From NCBI RefSeq assembly GCF_037013405.1, contig NZ_CP146064.1, positions 300,001-332,000 of the forward strand: 32,000 nt of DNA, given 5' to 3'. Source of the stretch: Candidatus Nanosynbacter sp. BB002 (GTDB taxonomy: Bacteria; Patescibacteriota; Saccharimonadia; Saccharimonadales; Saccharimonadaceae). Within the stretch, counting starts at the first letter, position 1. The number at the start of each line of letters is the position of its first letter. The position numbers and the translations under genes are program-made. Positions 14,535 through 23,617 of this stretch are shown in pieces. The notes under the pieces are model-generated. The model saw only the letters and a list, made by a program, of their open reading frames with translations. It was not told the DNA's origin and did no database searches.

Positions 14535-16514
14535 TTATGAATTATTGGTTCTCCGCGGTATGCTGATGGCGCGGCGGCTGGTCTCTAAATGATGTTCGAT
14601 GTCGGCAAGCGTGGCGTGTTCTGGGCTGGTTGGTGTTGGCTGCGGCTGTGGTGGTTGGTTGGGCTGGACAGACGGCTCAGTGACTAGGGCAGGTTCGGTT
14701 AGCTGCTGAGGCTGTTCTATTGGTTGCTGAGGCTGAGGCGTCACTGGCGGCTCAGCGGGTGTGACGACAGAAGCTACTGGAGTTTGCGGTTGATGGTACT
14801 GAACTGGTACTGGCTGCAAGGATGCTTCTTTGTGAGCGGCTTCTTCTTTGGAGATTCGCGGTATTTCCAAAAAGAAAGTGCTTCCCTTGCCATACTCGCT
14901 CTCGACACGTAAATCGCCCGACATGCTTTCGGCGAGTCGGCGAGACAGATACAATCCCAAGCCAGTACCACCGATTTCGCGAGTGGCTGAATTGTCAACC
15001 CGATAAAACTTTTGGAAAAGATGCGGCACGTCTTCTGCGGGGATGCCTAGGCCAGAGTCCATCACACTGACAACCACCTTTGACGAGTCGCCAGTGACGT
15101 CAACCACCACCTCGCCTTCTTTGGTGTATTTGATGGCGTTTTCTATGAGGTTGGCGGTAATTTCCCGGAAATGGTCGGGGTCGACAAAGGCGTAATAAAT
15201 GGGCTGCAAATGCTGATCAGCGGAGTCTTTGGCTAGTGCGTGCGGCCGAAACGAATAGAGCAGATTTTTCTCGGCGGCTTTGTGCGCCAGACCTTCAAAG
15301 ATGTCTGCCACAAAATCAGTTACGTTAAATAGCTTTGGCTCATCTTTGAGGCGCCCGTCCTCGGCTCTACTGATATCCAGCAAGTCTTGAAATAACCGGC
15401 CCAGGTGTTGAGCGGAGGCATGCGCTTTGGTGATGAAGTCGCGTGCTTTGTCGTCAATTTGGGCAGTGGCTGGGTTGAGCGCTAGGCCCAGATACCCCTC
15501 GATGGAAGCCACGGGCGTGCGCATTTCGTGGCTGGCAGTGGAGATAAACTCGGCCTGCTCTCGCTCTTCGGCGCGTTCTTTGGAAATGTCGCGGAACACG
15601 ATGATGACACCTTCCTTTTGTGGGCCTATGGGAGAACTAACGATGGTGATCGGTAGTCGTTTGTCTGAAGAGGTTTTGAGAAATAGGTTATCGCTGTGGG
15701 TGGGCTGGTTTGAAGACAATGCTTGAGCAACGGGATGTTTGCCCTCTGGGATGTCAGATCCGTCCTTGAGCACTAGTTTGAGGACGCTCTGCCAACTCAA
15801 CCCCAAAGCGTCGCCTTTGTCCCAGCCAATCATCTGTTGCGCAGCTGGATTGATGAGCTCAATGATACCGTCATTGGAAATAGCCATCACGCCGTCGTCA
15901 ATGGTATTGATGACAACATCAGATTTACCCTCGGCGGAGGTTAGCCTATTTTCCAGTTCAGTAAATCGATCGTCGAGTTTTTTCTGTGGTTGGTATCGCC
16001 ATAGAACAATGCTCAGGACGAGTGGCATGATGCCAAGCACTGCGCTGATGGTTATCTGTTCTAGTGTCAGTGGTGTTTCGAAATGAATCATGGCGATGTG
16101 CGCCACGACTAACAAGATGATGCCACCAGTCAGCCACAGCCCAAATACTGCAGCAAAGATAGTCACCATGAGCCAGAGGCTGGTAAATGGAGAATAGATG
16201 CCGCCGCTGGTGGCGATGAGTGCGGCGATGGTGATGATGAGCGACGCATAGGTGGCGCATGCCAGGTAGGCGCGTTGTTTTTTGGGCGTCCAAACACAGA
16301 GACCAAGCGCCCAAACTGCGGACAATACGCTGATAGCGGCGGCCAAGTCAGTCACTGAATCGCCAATAGTAAAGCGATAATTGCCAGGCAAAAAACGAGC
16401 TGATGCGTATGTGAGGAGAATGAAGAGATTGACTAGTAGCGAGGCTTTACTGAGACGGCGCAGCCAAAATTTGGAAAATGTTCTGTCAGACTGCCCCACC
16501 CTCGATTCTTTCAT
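14535..16514 (-). CDS. Membrane sensor histidine kinase (multi-TM, PAS, HisKA, HATPase) with a Pro/Gln-rich C-terminal tail
   Basis: About six N-terminal hydrophobic helices, a PAS-like segment (DDGVMAISNDGIIELINPAAQQMIGW), H-box STASHEMRTPVASIEGY, and N/G boxes (NLIENAIKYT, DSGLGIP, GTGLGL). The tail is QPVPVQYHQPQTP...PPQPQPTPTSP. TATACT (16522-16527) lies 7 nt upstream of the ATG. Confidence 0.9.
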   Translation of the reverse strand: MKESRVGQSDRTFSKFWLRRLSKASLLVNLFILLTYASARFLPGNYRFTIGDSVTDLAAAISVLSAVWALGLCVWTPKKQRAYLACATYASLIITIAALIATSGGIYSPFTSLWLMVTIFAAVFGLWLTGGIILLVVAHIAMIHFETPLTLEQITISAVLGIMPLVLSIVLWRYQPQKKLDDRFTELENRLTSAEGKSDVVINTIDDGVMAISNDGIIELINPAAQQMIGWDKGDALGLSWQSVLKLVLKDGSDIPEGKHPVAQALSSNQPTHSDNLFLKTSSDKRLPITIVSSPIGPQKEGVIIVFRDISKERAEEREQAEFISTASHEMRTPVASIEGYLGLALNPATAQIDDKARDFITKAHASAQHLGRLFQDLLDISRAEDGRLKDEPKLFNVTDFVADIFEGLAHKAAEKNLLYSFRPHALAKDSADQHLQPIYYAFVDPDHFREITANLIENAIKYTKEGEVVVDVTGDSSKVVVSVMDSGLGIPAEDVPHLFQKFYRVDNSATREIGGTGLGLYLSRRLAESMSGDLRVESEYGKGSTFFLEIPRISKEEAAHKEASLQPVPVQYHQPQTPVASVVTPAEPPVTPQPQQPIEQPQQLTEPALVTEPSVQPNQPPQPQPTPTSPEHATLADIEHHLETSRRAISIPRRTNNS

Positions 16515-16580
16515 GATATTAAGTATAGCGTCAAACTGTGGTAAAACGCAAGCGCGTCTCTGTTGGCTGGCGCGGCGGTA

Positions 16581-16610
16581 TAGACAAAAGCGGCTGCGTC
16601 ATGGTATGAT
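16581..16610 (+). promoter_or_regulatory. Promoter of tRNA-Glu (TAGACA-N18-TGgTATGAT)
   Basis: tagaca at 16581-16586 and tatgat at 16605-16610, preceded by tgg. The -10 box ends 10 nt before the mature tRNA 5' end. Confidence 0.5.
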
Positions 16611-16620
16611 GCTTAGTGTT

Positions 16621-16695
16621 GGCCTCATCGTCTAGCGGTTAGGACACCGGGTTCTCATCCCGGCAACCGGGGTTCGATTCCCCGTGAGGTCACCA
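16621..16695 (+). tRNA. tRNA-Glu (anticodon CUC), CCA encoded
   Basis: Hand-folded cloverleaf: acceptor ggcctca/tgaggtc, D stem gtct/ggac, anticodon stem ccggg/cccgg with loop ttCTCat, T stem cgggg/ccccg with loop ttcgatt, discriminator A, then CCA. Confidence 0.9.
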
Positions 16696-16711
16696 TAGAG
16701 AAATTATCAGC

Positions 16712-16737
16712 ACTGCCCTCTTGGGCAGTTCTTTTTT
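16712..16737 (+). terminator. Intrinsic terminator after tRNA-Glu
   Basis: Stem actgccc (16712-16718) / gggcagt (16723-16729) with loop tctt, followed by tcttttttag. Confidence 0.7.
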
Positions 16738-16776
16738 AGTATTGTAATGATTTGTTTTGAAAGCCGTGTTCTTGTG

Positions 16777-17154
16777 CTAGTCGCCTAGCTGTTCGATCAC
16801 CTCCAGTAGCTTCCGAGGTGTGATGTCAGCTTTGATGAGGTAGCCGTCGATTCTGGGCAGTAGCTGCGACTTGGATTGGTCGTCTTGCTCAAAATTGGTC
16901 ATGATGAGAATCTTGCTGTTAGGCACTAGATCGGTTTCGCCGTTTCTGAGGGCGTCCAAGATCTGGTCGCCGCGCTGTTCTGGCAACATCAAGTCCAAAA
17001 TGATCAAATCGTACGGCTGATTACGCGCCGCCACCAAACCGTCATTGCCGTCCACCATCCAGGTGACGGTGTAGCCGGCACGCTCCAGGCTGCGCACGTA
17101 CATTTCGCCGATAAATCTGTCGTCTTCGATGCATAAAATTGTTTTGATCGCCAT
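16777..17154 (-). CDS. Single-domain (CheY-like) response regulator
   Basis: 125 aa consisting of a receiver domain only (ILCIEDDRFI ... LIILDLMLPEQRGD ... ILIMTNF ... YLIKA). GGGAG SD; it starts 2 nt after the kinase stop. Confidence 0.9.
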   Translation of the reverse strand: MAIKTILCIEDDRFIGEMYVRSLERAGYTVTWMVDGNDGLVAARNQPYDLIILDLMLPEQRGDQILDALRNGETDLVPNSKILIMTNFEQDDQSKSQLLPRIDGYLIKADITPRKLLEVIEQLGD

Positions 17155-17156
17155 GA

Positions 17157-18683
17157 TTACTCCCTATACATTTTGTGATTTTTTATCCACCCGCCGTCAG
17201 TGCGAATGAGCCGATTGTTTAGCTGGCCGTCTTCTAATAATTTTTCTTTCACCGAGGCGTAGACAGGAATGGTGAAGGAAAAAATTGAACCCTGGTTCTC
17301 CTGGCTGCGTGCGGAGATGCTGCCGCCGTGTGACTCGACAAAGGCTTTACAGATGTATAGGCCGATGCCGGTGCCTGCCACTGTTTCGCGTGATCGGTGT
17401 GAGCGGTAAAATTTGCGAAAGAGGTTTTTGATCACGCCAGCTGGCATACCGACGCCGTTGTCTGAGACGGAAACTTCTACAAATTCGCCTTTTTGCACGG
17501 CAGAAACTTGGACAACTCCGCCTTCGAAGCTGTATTTGATAGCATTGTCGATGAGATTGGAAATCACTTCCCCGATGCTACCACGGTCGGCTGCTACGGT
17601 CGGCAAGTTGCTGGGGATGGATACATTCAACATGCGGTGCTGAGCCGAGGCGCGCAGTTGCATGTCGTCAGCGATGGTAGCGTAAATGGCTTCCAATGTG
17701 TCCTCGCGCAGATGCACGTACAGGTGGTGCCGATCGAACTTTGAAACATTGAGGATGTTATTGATATAGCTGGACAAGCGGTTGGCAGAAACGGTCAGAC
17801 GATTGAACAATTGCGGTTCATCGTCCCGCAGGCGGTCGTGAAGCTCTTGCTCCAAGATGTCCAAGTAGCCGCGAATGACTGTAATGGGTCCACGGAGTTC
17901 GTGCGCTGCAAAGGCGATGAAATTGAGATCCTCTTCTTCGGGTAAGTATTTGGCTGAGCGATCAAAGAGGATGATGACCGTTTCGCCAGCTGCACCTTTT
18001 TCGTAGGAAGCGCTGACGTCATAGAACTTTTGTGGCGCGGAGGTTTTGGATTGAGCTGGTACGCGTGTCCACTGGTGGTGAGCGGTGATGTTGTCTTTGG
18101 CGACTTCTTGGATCCACTCATTGATGGAAATTTCATCAATAAAATCTAGCCCCAACGTTAGCACGCCGTCCATGTTGGAGACCACAGGCGCGGTTTCATT
18201 GGCAAAGATGATGTTTTTTTGGTGGTCCAATACGACGATGCCACACGGCGTGTGATTGAACGACTGAATGATGGCGTCAAGTTGAGACGAAGCTTTTTGG
18301 GCAGTTGGTTTGGCGGGCGCACCGTTGGTATAGATGGCCTCAAGCACGGTTTGGAAACCAGTGCGTGCGTGTGCTGGCGAGTTGATCTTGGCTGGCTTTT
18401 CGGCGGTTAGCTCCCCCGTTTTGTAGGCTGTGGCGTAGAGGACGTCACGCATCGGTTTGCTAATGAATGGTGTGATGGTGATGGCGCCGATGATGCCTCC
18501 GACTGCGCCGAGCAGGATGATGATGTACCAATTAACTTCAACGGCGGCCAGGTTCGTCAATATGAGATGAGTGATGGTCGCAAAAGCAGCAGCGACGCCG
18601 ACAGGCAGCAGCAATAGCAATACCGACCGACGCATGTAATATCGATTGTAGTCGCGAATCGATCGGCGACGGGTTACTGCCAT
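17157..18683 (-). CDS. Sensor histidine kinase (2 TM, PAS-like, HisKA, HATPase)
   Basis: H-box FIAFAAHELRGPITVIRGY, NLIDNAIKYS, DNGVGMP, GTGIGLYICKAFVESHGG. The start is set at ATG 18683 (MAVTRRRS...), which overlaps the upstream gene's stop in ATGGCAGTAA. The longest ORF reaches 18722. Confidence 0.9.
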   Translation of the reverse strand: MAVTRRRSIRDYNRYYMRRSVLLLLLPVGVAAAFATITHLILTNLAAVEVNWYIIILLGAVGGIIGAITITPFISKPMRDVLYATAYKTGELTAEKPAKINSPAHARTGFQTVLEAIYTNGAPAKPTAQKASSQLDAIIQSFNHTPCGIVVLDHQKNIIFANETAPVVSNMDGVLTLGLDFIDEISINEWIQEVAKDNITAHHQWTRVPAQSKTSAPQKFYDVSASYEKGAAGETVIILFDRSAKYLPEEEDLNFIAFAAHELRGPITVIRGYLDILEQELHDRLRDDEPQLFNRLTVSANRLSSYINNILNVSKFDRHHLYVHLREDTLEAIYATIADDMQLRASAQHRMLNVSIPSNLPTVAADRGSIGEVISNLIDNAIKYSFEGGVVQVSAVQKGEFVEVSVSDNGVGMPAGVIKNLFRKFYRSHRSRETVAGTGIGLYICKAFVESHGGSISARSQENQGSIFSFTIPVYASVKEKLLEDGQLNNRLIRTDGGWIKNHKMYRE

Positions 18684-19771
18684 GCAATACTTCCTCGCCC
18701 CGGTGTAAAGGCGGCGATCCACGTCTGGCCGCGGTTCAACGCGATGTCTTTGCCGGCGGCGTCGACCAATTTCAATTCGGCGTTTTCATTGTCACGCTTC
18801 CAGGTGGCTTGAGCTACGACGCCATTTTGGAAAATATACGCTTTGCCAGTGCCAACAGTGATGACATCCTCGTACCCTTCGCGGCTGCCTGGGCGATGTT
18901 CGACGTTCACCTCCAGTGCCACGATGCTGTTTGGCGCAATCTGCCCAGCCTCGGCGTCATTGTGTGGCTGCCCTGCTAGTGTGCGAGCGTAGGTATTAGA
19001 CTCTTTGTTGTAGGTGTAATTGGTGTTAAATAGTGGACCACTGAAATTGATGGCAATCTGAGTTGCATTTGGTGTTTCAGCAGGCTTGCCATCGGCACGC
19101 TTGAACCCAGTGAATACTGATTCAGTGTGTCCTTTGGCAGTGTTGGTTTGATCAATCTTCTCACCTGAGGTGTAGGCATTGTGTGGCGCGCGTCGATCAT
19201 TGGCCCGCCAGTATGAGTTGCCATTGCTGAACTCGTCGATATCGTGATATTTGCCGTTACGAACTGTGCTGAGGGCGTTGGCGCTACCGCCAACATGGAA
19301 AATTGAGGCCTTGTACGGCGTTGACCACTGTAAATAGTACAGGCGCAAGCTGCGCACTGGACCAATTTTGGCTGGCTTATTTCCCTGGTACAACGCGAAG
19401 AAACGAGTGATACCACCCTCAGCGACAGCTTCGTAAACGATGCCGGCTTTTGATAGTCCAGACTGTGGTCGGGCGTTAGGGCTGTTTTCGACAATTACAC
19501 CAGCGACGGGAGCTTTGACCGCATTGGCATCAGCCACCTCCAGACCGGTCAGTGCCGAATAGAACTTCTCTTTTGGCTTTTTGCTGCCAGCGAAAAATGG
19601 CGAACCACTGTCTGATTGGACGGAATACATGGCGATGATGAAGATAATCGCAACAACCGCCGCGCCTACGACAAGTGCCAGTGCCAAATGGTGTTTGTGG
19701 ACCCACTGAGTGAACGCTTTGAATTTAGAGTGATTGATGAGTTTATCCTGAGGAATTCGAGGCTTTTCCAT
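18674..19771 (-). CDS. DUF3048-family (YerB-like) membrane-anchored exported protein
   Basis: N-terminal TM anchor, then VENSPNARPQSGLSKAGIVYEAVAEGGITRFFALY...IGPVRSLRLYY, which matches the DUF3048 core as I recall it. TGcTATACT (19778-19786) lies 6 nt upstream of the ATG. Confidence 0.8.
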   Translation of the reverse strand: MEKPRIPQDKLINHSKFKAFTQWVHKHHLALALVVGAAVVAIIFIIAMYSVQSDSGSPFFAGSKKPKEKFYSALTGLEVADANAVKAPVAGVIVENSPNARPQSGLSKAGIVYEAVAEGGITRFFALYQGNKPAKIGPVRSLRLYYLQWSTPYKASIFHVGGSANALSTVRNGKYHDIDEFSNGNSYWRANDRRAPHNAYTSGEKIDQTNTAKGHTESVFTGFKRADGKPAETPNATQIAINFSGPLFNTNYTYNKESNTYARTLAGQPHNDAEAGQIAPNSIVALEVNVEHRPGSREGYEDVITVGTGKAYIFQNGVVAQATWKRDNENAELKLVDAAGKDIALNRGQTWIAAFTPGRGSIAWQ

Positions 19772-19806
19772 ATGATTAGTATAGCATGTCGCTTATGCTA
19801 ATAAAA

Positions 19807-20427
19807 CTAAGACAAGGTGCGTCGGCCTTCAAGCGCATGCGACAACGTGATCTGATCAGCGTATTCTAGGTCGACCCCCACAGGGATGCCGCGAGCCAGT
19901 CGCGAAACAGTCAGCGTCAACCCGGCTTCTTGGATATATCGTTGCAGAAACAGCGCGGTCGATTCACCTTCTACTGAAGCGTTAGTGGCGATGATGATCT
20001 CGGTGACGCTGTCGTTCTTGATGCGCTCAATCAGCTCAGGAATGTGTAGCTGCTCTGGTCCAATACCGTCGATTGGTGAAATCGCTCCACCCAGTACGTG
20101 GTAGGTGCCATCAAACTGGCCAGTGCGTTCCAGTGCCATGATATCTAACGGTTCTTCGACGACGCAGATGAGCTGGCGATTGCGGCGGCTGTCAGTATAA
20201 AGCGGCGATACGTCATCGCCATCGTCAATTAGCGCAAAGGTTACCGGACACGTTTTGACGCGTTGATGCAACTCATTTAGAGCTTGAGCTAACCTTTTGG
20301 ATTGTCCTGGCTCGCGCCGCAAAGCAGCATAAGCGTAGCGTTCGGCAGTTCGCGGACCAACTCCCGGCAGACTACCAAATTCATCAATCAACGTTATCAG
20401 CGCTTTTGGTAAAATATGAGCACTCAT
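19807..20427 (-). CDS. recR: Recombination protein RecR (zinc-finger cysteines largely substituted)
   Basis: HhH motif LPGVGPRTAERYAY and Toprim region ICVVEEPLDIMALERTGQFDGTYHVLGGAISPIDGIGPE. The usual CxxC...CxxC is CPVT...SPLY here. Confidence 0.95.
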   Translation of the reverse strand: MSAHILPKALITLIDEFGSLPGVGPRTAERYAYAALRREPGQSKRLAQALNELHQRVKTCPVTFALIDDGDDVSPLYTDSRRNRQLICVVEEPLDIMALERTGQFDGTYHVLGGAISPIDGIGPEQLHIPELIERIKNDSVTEIIIATNASVEGESTALFLQRYIQEAGLTLTVSRLARGIPVGVDLEYADQITLSHALEGRRTLS

Positions 20428-20435
20428 CGCTAAGA

Positions 20436-20726
20436 TTAGATGCCCAGATTGCCCAAGCCGCCCATCAGTGGCTTCATCGTTTCAGCAGCAACTTCTTGAG
20501 CTTTTGCCAAGCCATCACGCACCGCAATTTGAATCCAGTGCTCAAGCTGCTCAATATTGTCCAAATCTACCATGTCAGGGTTGATCTTGACTGATTTGAT
20601 TTTTAATTCACCAGTGATCTGAACGATGACCGCGCCATCACCAGCCTCTACTTCAATGATTTCTTTACCGAGTTGTTTTTGTGCTTTACGTAGCTGTTGC
20701 AGCATTTTCACCTGATCAAAAGCCAT
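20436..20726 (-). CDS. ybaB: YbaB/EbfC-family nucleoid-associated protein
   Basis: 96 aa with LQQLRKAQKQLGKE...EVEAGDGAVIVQITGELKIKSVKINPD. GGAGG SD and a TATAAT at 20754-20759. Confidence 0.9.
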   Translation of the reverse strand: MAFDQVKMLQQLRKAQKQLGKEIIEVEAGDGAVIVQITGELKIKSVKINPDMVDLDNIEQLEHWIQIAVRDGLAKAQEVAAETMKPLMGGLGNLGI

Positions 20727-20764
20727 AATGTTCCTCCTTCAATTAACTCACTTATTATACCGCA

Positions 20765-22237
20765 TTATTCACTAAGTTTGTAGACATAAAACCGATCGCC
20801 CGCCTCAGCCCAATCATTGGTAATGACGCGCGTGATAGTTCCTGGGATGCCAGTGATATTTTGGCGAGCAGCGCGCGTGACGACTACTTCTTCTTGAGCA
20901 CCCTCTGCTGGCAAGCCATCGCTGATGGATATTGCCCTATTATGCTTATTCATGTGGCTGGACAAGGCGTCGTACAGCGGTTTTTCGGCAGCTGCCACGA
21001 CGAATATATATTTCTTGTTTGCGGTGTCGCGCAGTAGTGTGTCACGCACAAGACTCAAATCTTTGGAATGTTCGCGCACGGCGTCGGGTAGATCGTGGTA
21101 ACTGTGGACGTATCGATTGACACCACTCAGGGTCATGACACCGACCAAGATGATCATCAGTACGAGTCCAGTGCCGCGCGCGTATGGGTTCTTTGGGAAT
21201 AATCGATACCACTCGTACAGCAGTCGTTCTACGCCAGTAGCCAGCAAAATGAACATTGGCACAGAGATGATCATATTGACTTGAGGCGCCAGGGCGAGTA
21301 GCGGCAATGACAAAAATAGCCAAATGTTGACCACGTAGGACCGAGCGGTGTGCCAGTTGCGGAAAGTGATGATCATGCCAAGGAACATCAACGCTACGGT
21401 GCTGACGTCGATAGCTGGCAGCACTTGTCCGTTGGAAATGTACGGCACTGGCCAGAGATAGGTTCGAACGATGATTTTGAGGTTTGCTAATATATCAAAG
21501 TTGAGTGACGACCAGCCTGACACGTCCAGCAAGAAGCCATGATTTTTCAGGCAGAAATACACCAGCGGCGCACTCACTAGCAGAAAGACGATGAATGCTG
21601 GCGTCCAGCTGGCGCGATATTTTCGTGAAACGAGAATGTAGCGTGTGTATGGGTGTAATAACGCTACTAAGATGAGACCAAGGTTGAGGTACCAGAAAAA
21701 TGGCGTGTATAAGCTGGCAGCCATGACGGCGGCGAGGAGGATTTTCCAGAGTTGGGCGAATTTGGCTTTTTGGATGATGAGGCTGGCGAACAGCAAAATC
21801 AATGACGCCGTGGTGATGTAGATGATGCCAGGCGTGAAGCTTTGTGCTAGGTAGATAAATTGACCAGTGGCGATCATGAGAGAAAGAGACAATACCGCAA
21901 TGCCCGGTTTGAACCAGTGCCTGAGGAGGAAAAAGAGTGCCAGCGCCGCTAAACACATCAGTGTGACGGCTGGTAGCTTGATGGTGAGTGTACTGACGCC
22001 AAATAGCAAGAACAGCGCCGCCTGGAATGCGTGTAGTGGCAGATTGACGATGGACCAATTACCTTCCATAAGCAAGTTGGTTCGTGCGACCATGTTGATC
22101 TCTGACTGGCTGATACCGCCTGGCGCGTACAACAACGCCACGCTGATGACCGCGGAAAATATCAATATCAAAGCACTGTAGCCCCAAAGATAGCGCCAAC
22201 GGTAAAGGAACAGATGAGAGAGAGTTTTCTTTTTCAC
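20765..22237 (-). CDS. Polytopic membrane protein, GT-C-like glycosyltransferase candidate (ArnT/PMT-like architecture)
   Basis: 490 aa with about 11-12 hydrophobic helices followed by a soluble ~110-aa C-terminal domain. The family call rests on architecture only. GTG start with TGcTATAAT (22246-22254) 8 nt upstream. Confidence 0.55.
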   Translation of the reverse strand: MKKKTLSHLFLYRWRYLWGYSALILIFSAVISVALLYAPGGISQSEINMVARTNLLMEGNWSIVNLPLHAFQAALFLLFGVSTLTIKLPAVTLMCLAALALFFLLRHWFKPGIAVLSLSLMIATGQFIYLAQSFTPGIIYITTASLILLFASLIIQKAKFAQLWKILLAAVMAASLYTPFFWYLNLGLILVALLHPYTRYILVSRKYRASWTPAFIVFLLVSAPLVYFCLKNHGFLLDVSGWSSLNFDILANLKIIVRTYLWPVPYISNGQVLPAIDVSTVALMFLGMIITFRNWHTARSYVVNIWLFLSLPLLALAPQVNMIISVPMFILLATGVERLLYEWYRLFPKNPYARGTGLVLMIILVGVMTLSGVNRYVHSYHDLPDAVREHSKDLSLVRDTLLRDTANKKYIFVVAAAEKPLYDALSSHMNKHNRAISISDGLPAEGAQEEVVVTRAARQNITGIPGTITRVITNDWAEAGDRFYVYKLSE

Positions 22238-22261
22238 TGCGGTTTATTATAGCATGTTTCG

Positions 22262-23617
22262 TTAATCGTGTCGTCTGTCCAGACTCATGAAGCGGAGGCG
22301 TTCTGGGTGGAAGTATAATTGGACTTTACCGACCGGACCGTTACGGTGCTTGGCGATGATTAGATCGGTGATATTTTGGACTTCTGGATTGTCTGGTTCG
22401 TAGTAACCTGGGCGGTAAATAAAGCTGACGATGTCGGCGTCCTGCTCGATGGAGCCGGACTCACGCAGGTCGGCTAGCTGTGGAATTGGTGGCGTGCGCG
22501 ACTCGACGGAACGACTCAGCTGACTCAGGGCGATCAGCGGCACGTTAAGCTCACGGGCAATTAACTTCAGGCCGCGGGAAATTTCTGACACTTCCTGGAC
22601 GCGGTTACCGTTGTGATTGTTGGTGGCCTGCATCAGCTGCAAGTAGTCGACGATGATCAGGCCAATTTCGCCTTCATGTGCCAAACGGCGAGCTTTGGTG
22701 CGCATTTCCAGAATGCTGAGGCCCGGCGTGTCATCAATGTAAATTGGCGCTTCTGCCATCTCGCCCATGGCCTCGGACAGCTTAGCAAAATCATTATCAC
22801 TCAAGTTTCCGGTGCGAATATTCCAGCTGTCAACACCTGAGGCGTCTGCCAACATACGATCAACCAATTGCTCTTTGCTCATCTCCAGGCTGAAAAACAG
22901 CACTGGCTTTTTCTCGATGGTCGCCACGTTGTACGCCAAATTGGTCACCAGCGTGGTCTTACCCATGGCTGGACGAGCGGCCAGAATGATCAGGTCGGAG
23001 CGCTGCAAACCAGCGGTCATATTGTCGAGGTCGCGGTAGCCAGTGCGAATGCCACGGAGCGTGTCTTTGTTACGGTGCAATTCTTCAATTCGGTCAAAAC
23101 TATCAGTCAGAATATTTTCCAGGCTGATCAAGTCTTGTTTGAGCGATTGGTCGGAGACGCTAAATAGTTCAGCTTCAGCCTTCTCCAATAACTCCTGAGT
23201 TGTTGTCGATTCGTCATAGCCAAGTTCGGTGATGTCAGCACTGGCTTTGATGAGTCGGCGCCGTACGGCTTTTTGTGCCACCATCTCGGCGTATGCTTCA
23301 GCGTGCGCAGCGGTCGGCACATAGTTGGTGAGCTCTGTCAGATATGCCGAGCCGCCAATGAGTTCTAATTCATCCTTACGCTTCAGTTCATCAGTTAAAG
23401 TCAAGAGATCGACTGGCTTGTGCTTTTCAAACAGCCGCATCATGCCCGCAAAAATTAGTCCATGATTTTTATCATAAAAATCAGTAGGATGCACGTGTTC
23501 GGTCGCATCTGCCAAAACTTCTTCGTCGATCAATATCGCGCCCAGTAAACTCTTTTCGGCATCCAAATTTTGCGGGGGCAGTTTGCCTGATGATGTATGT
23601 TGACTTGCTTCGCTCAC
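22262..23617 (-). CDS. dnaB: Replicative DNA helicase DnaB
   Basis: PPQNLDAEKSLLGAIL N-terminal motif, Walker A ARPAMGKTT, Walker B IIVDYLQLM, and RELNVPLIALSQLSR. The GTG start directly abuts the dnaX TAA, with GGAGG 8 nt upstream. Confidence 0.95.
   Translation of the reverse strand: MSEASQHTSSGKLPPQNLDAEKSLLGAILIDEEVLADATEHVHPTDFYDKNHGLIFAGMMRLFEKHKPVDLLTLTDELKRKDELELIGGSAYLTELTNYVPTAAHAEAYAEMVAQKAVRRRLIKASADITELGYDESTTTQELLEKAEAELFSVSDQSLKQDLISLENILTDSFDRIEELHRNKDTLRGIRTGYRDLDNMTAGLQRSDLIILAARPAMGKTTLVTNLAYNVATIEKKPVLFFSLEMSKEQLVDRMLADASGVDSWNIRTGNLSDNDFAKLSEAMGEMAEAPIYIDDTPGLSILEMRTKARRLAHEGEIGLIIVDYLQLMQATNNHNGNRVQEVSEISRGLKLIARELNVPLIALSQLSRSVESRTPPIPQLADLRESGSIEQDADIVSFIYRPGYYEPDNPEVQNITDLIIAKHRNGPVGKVQLYFHPERLRFMSLDRRHD

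Noticed and set aside
17183-17191. A DnaA-box-like TTATCCACC, considered as a hint of a replication origin near dnaB/dnaX.
   Set aside because: It is a single copy inside the 3' end of the kinase coding sequence. There is no cluster of boxes, no AT-rich unwinding element and no dnaA or dnaN gene in the window.
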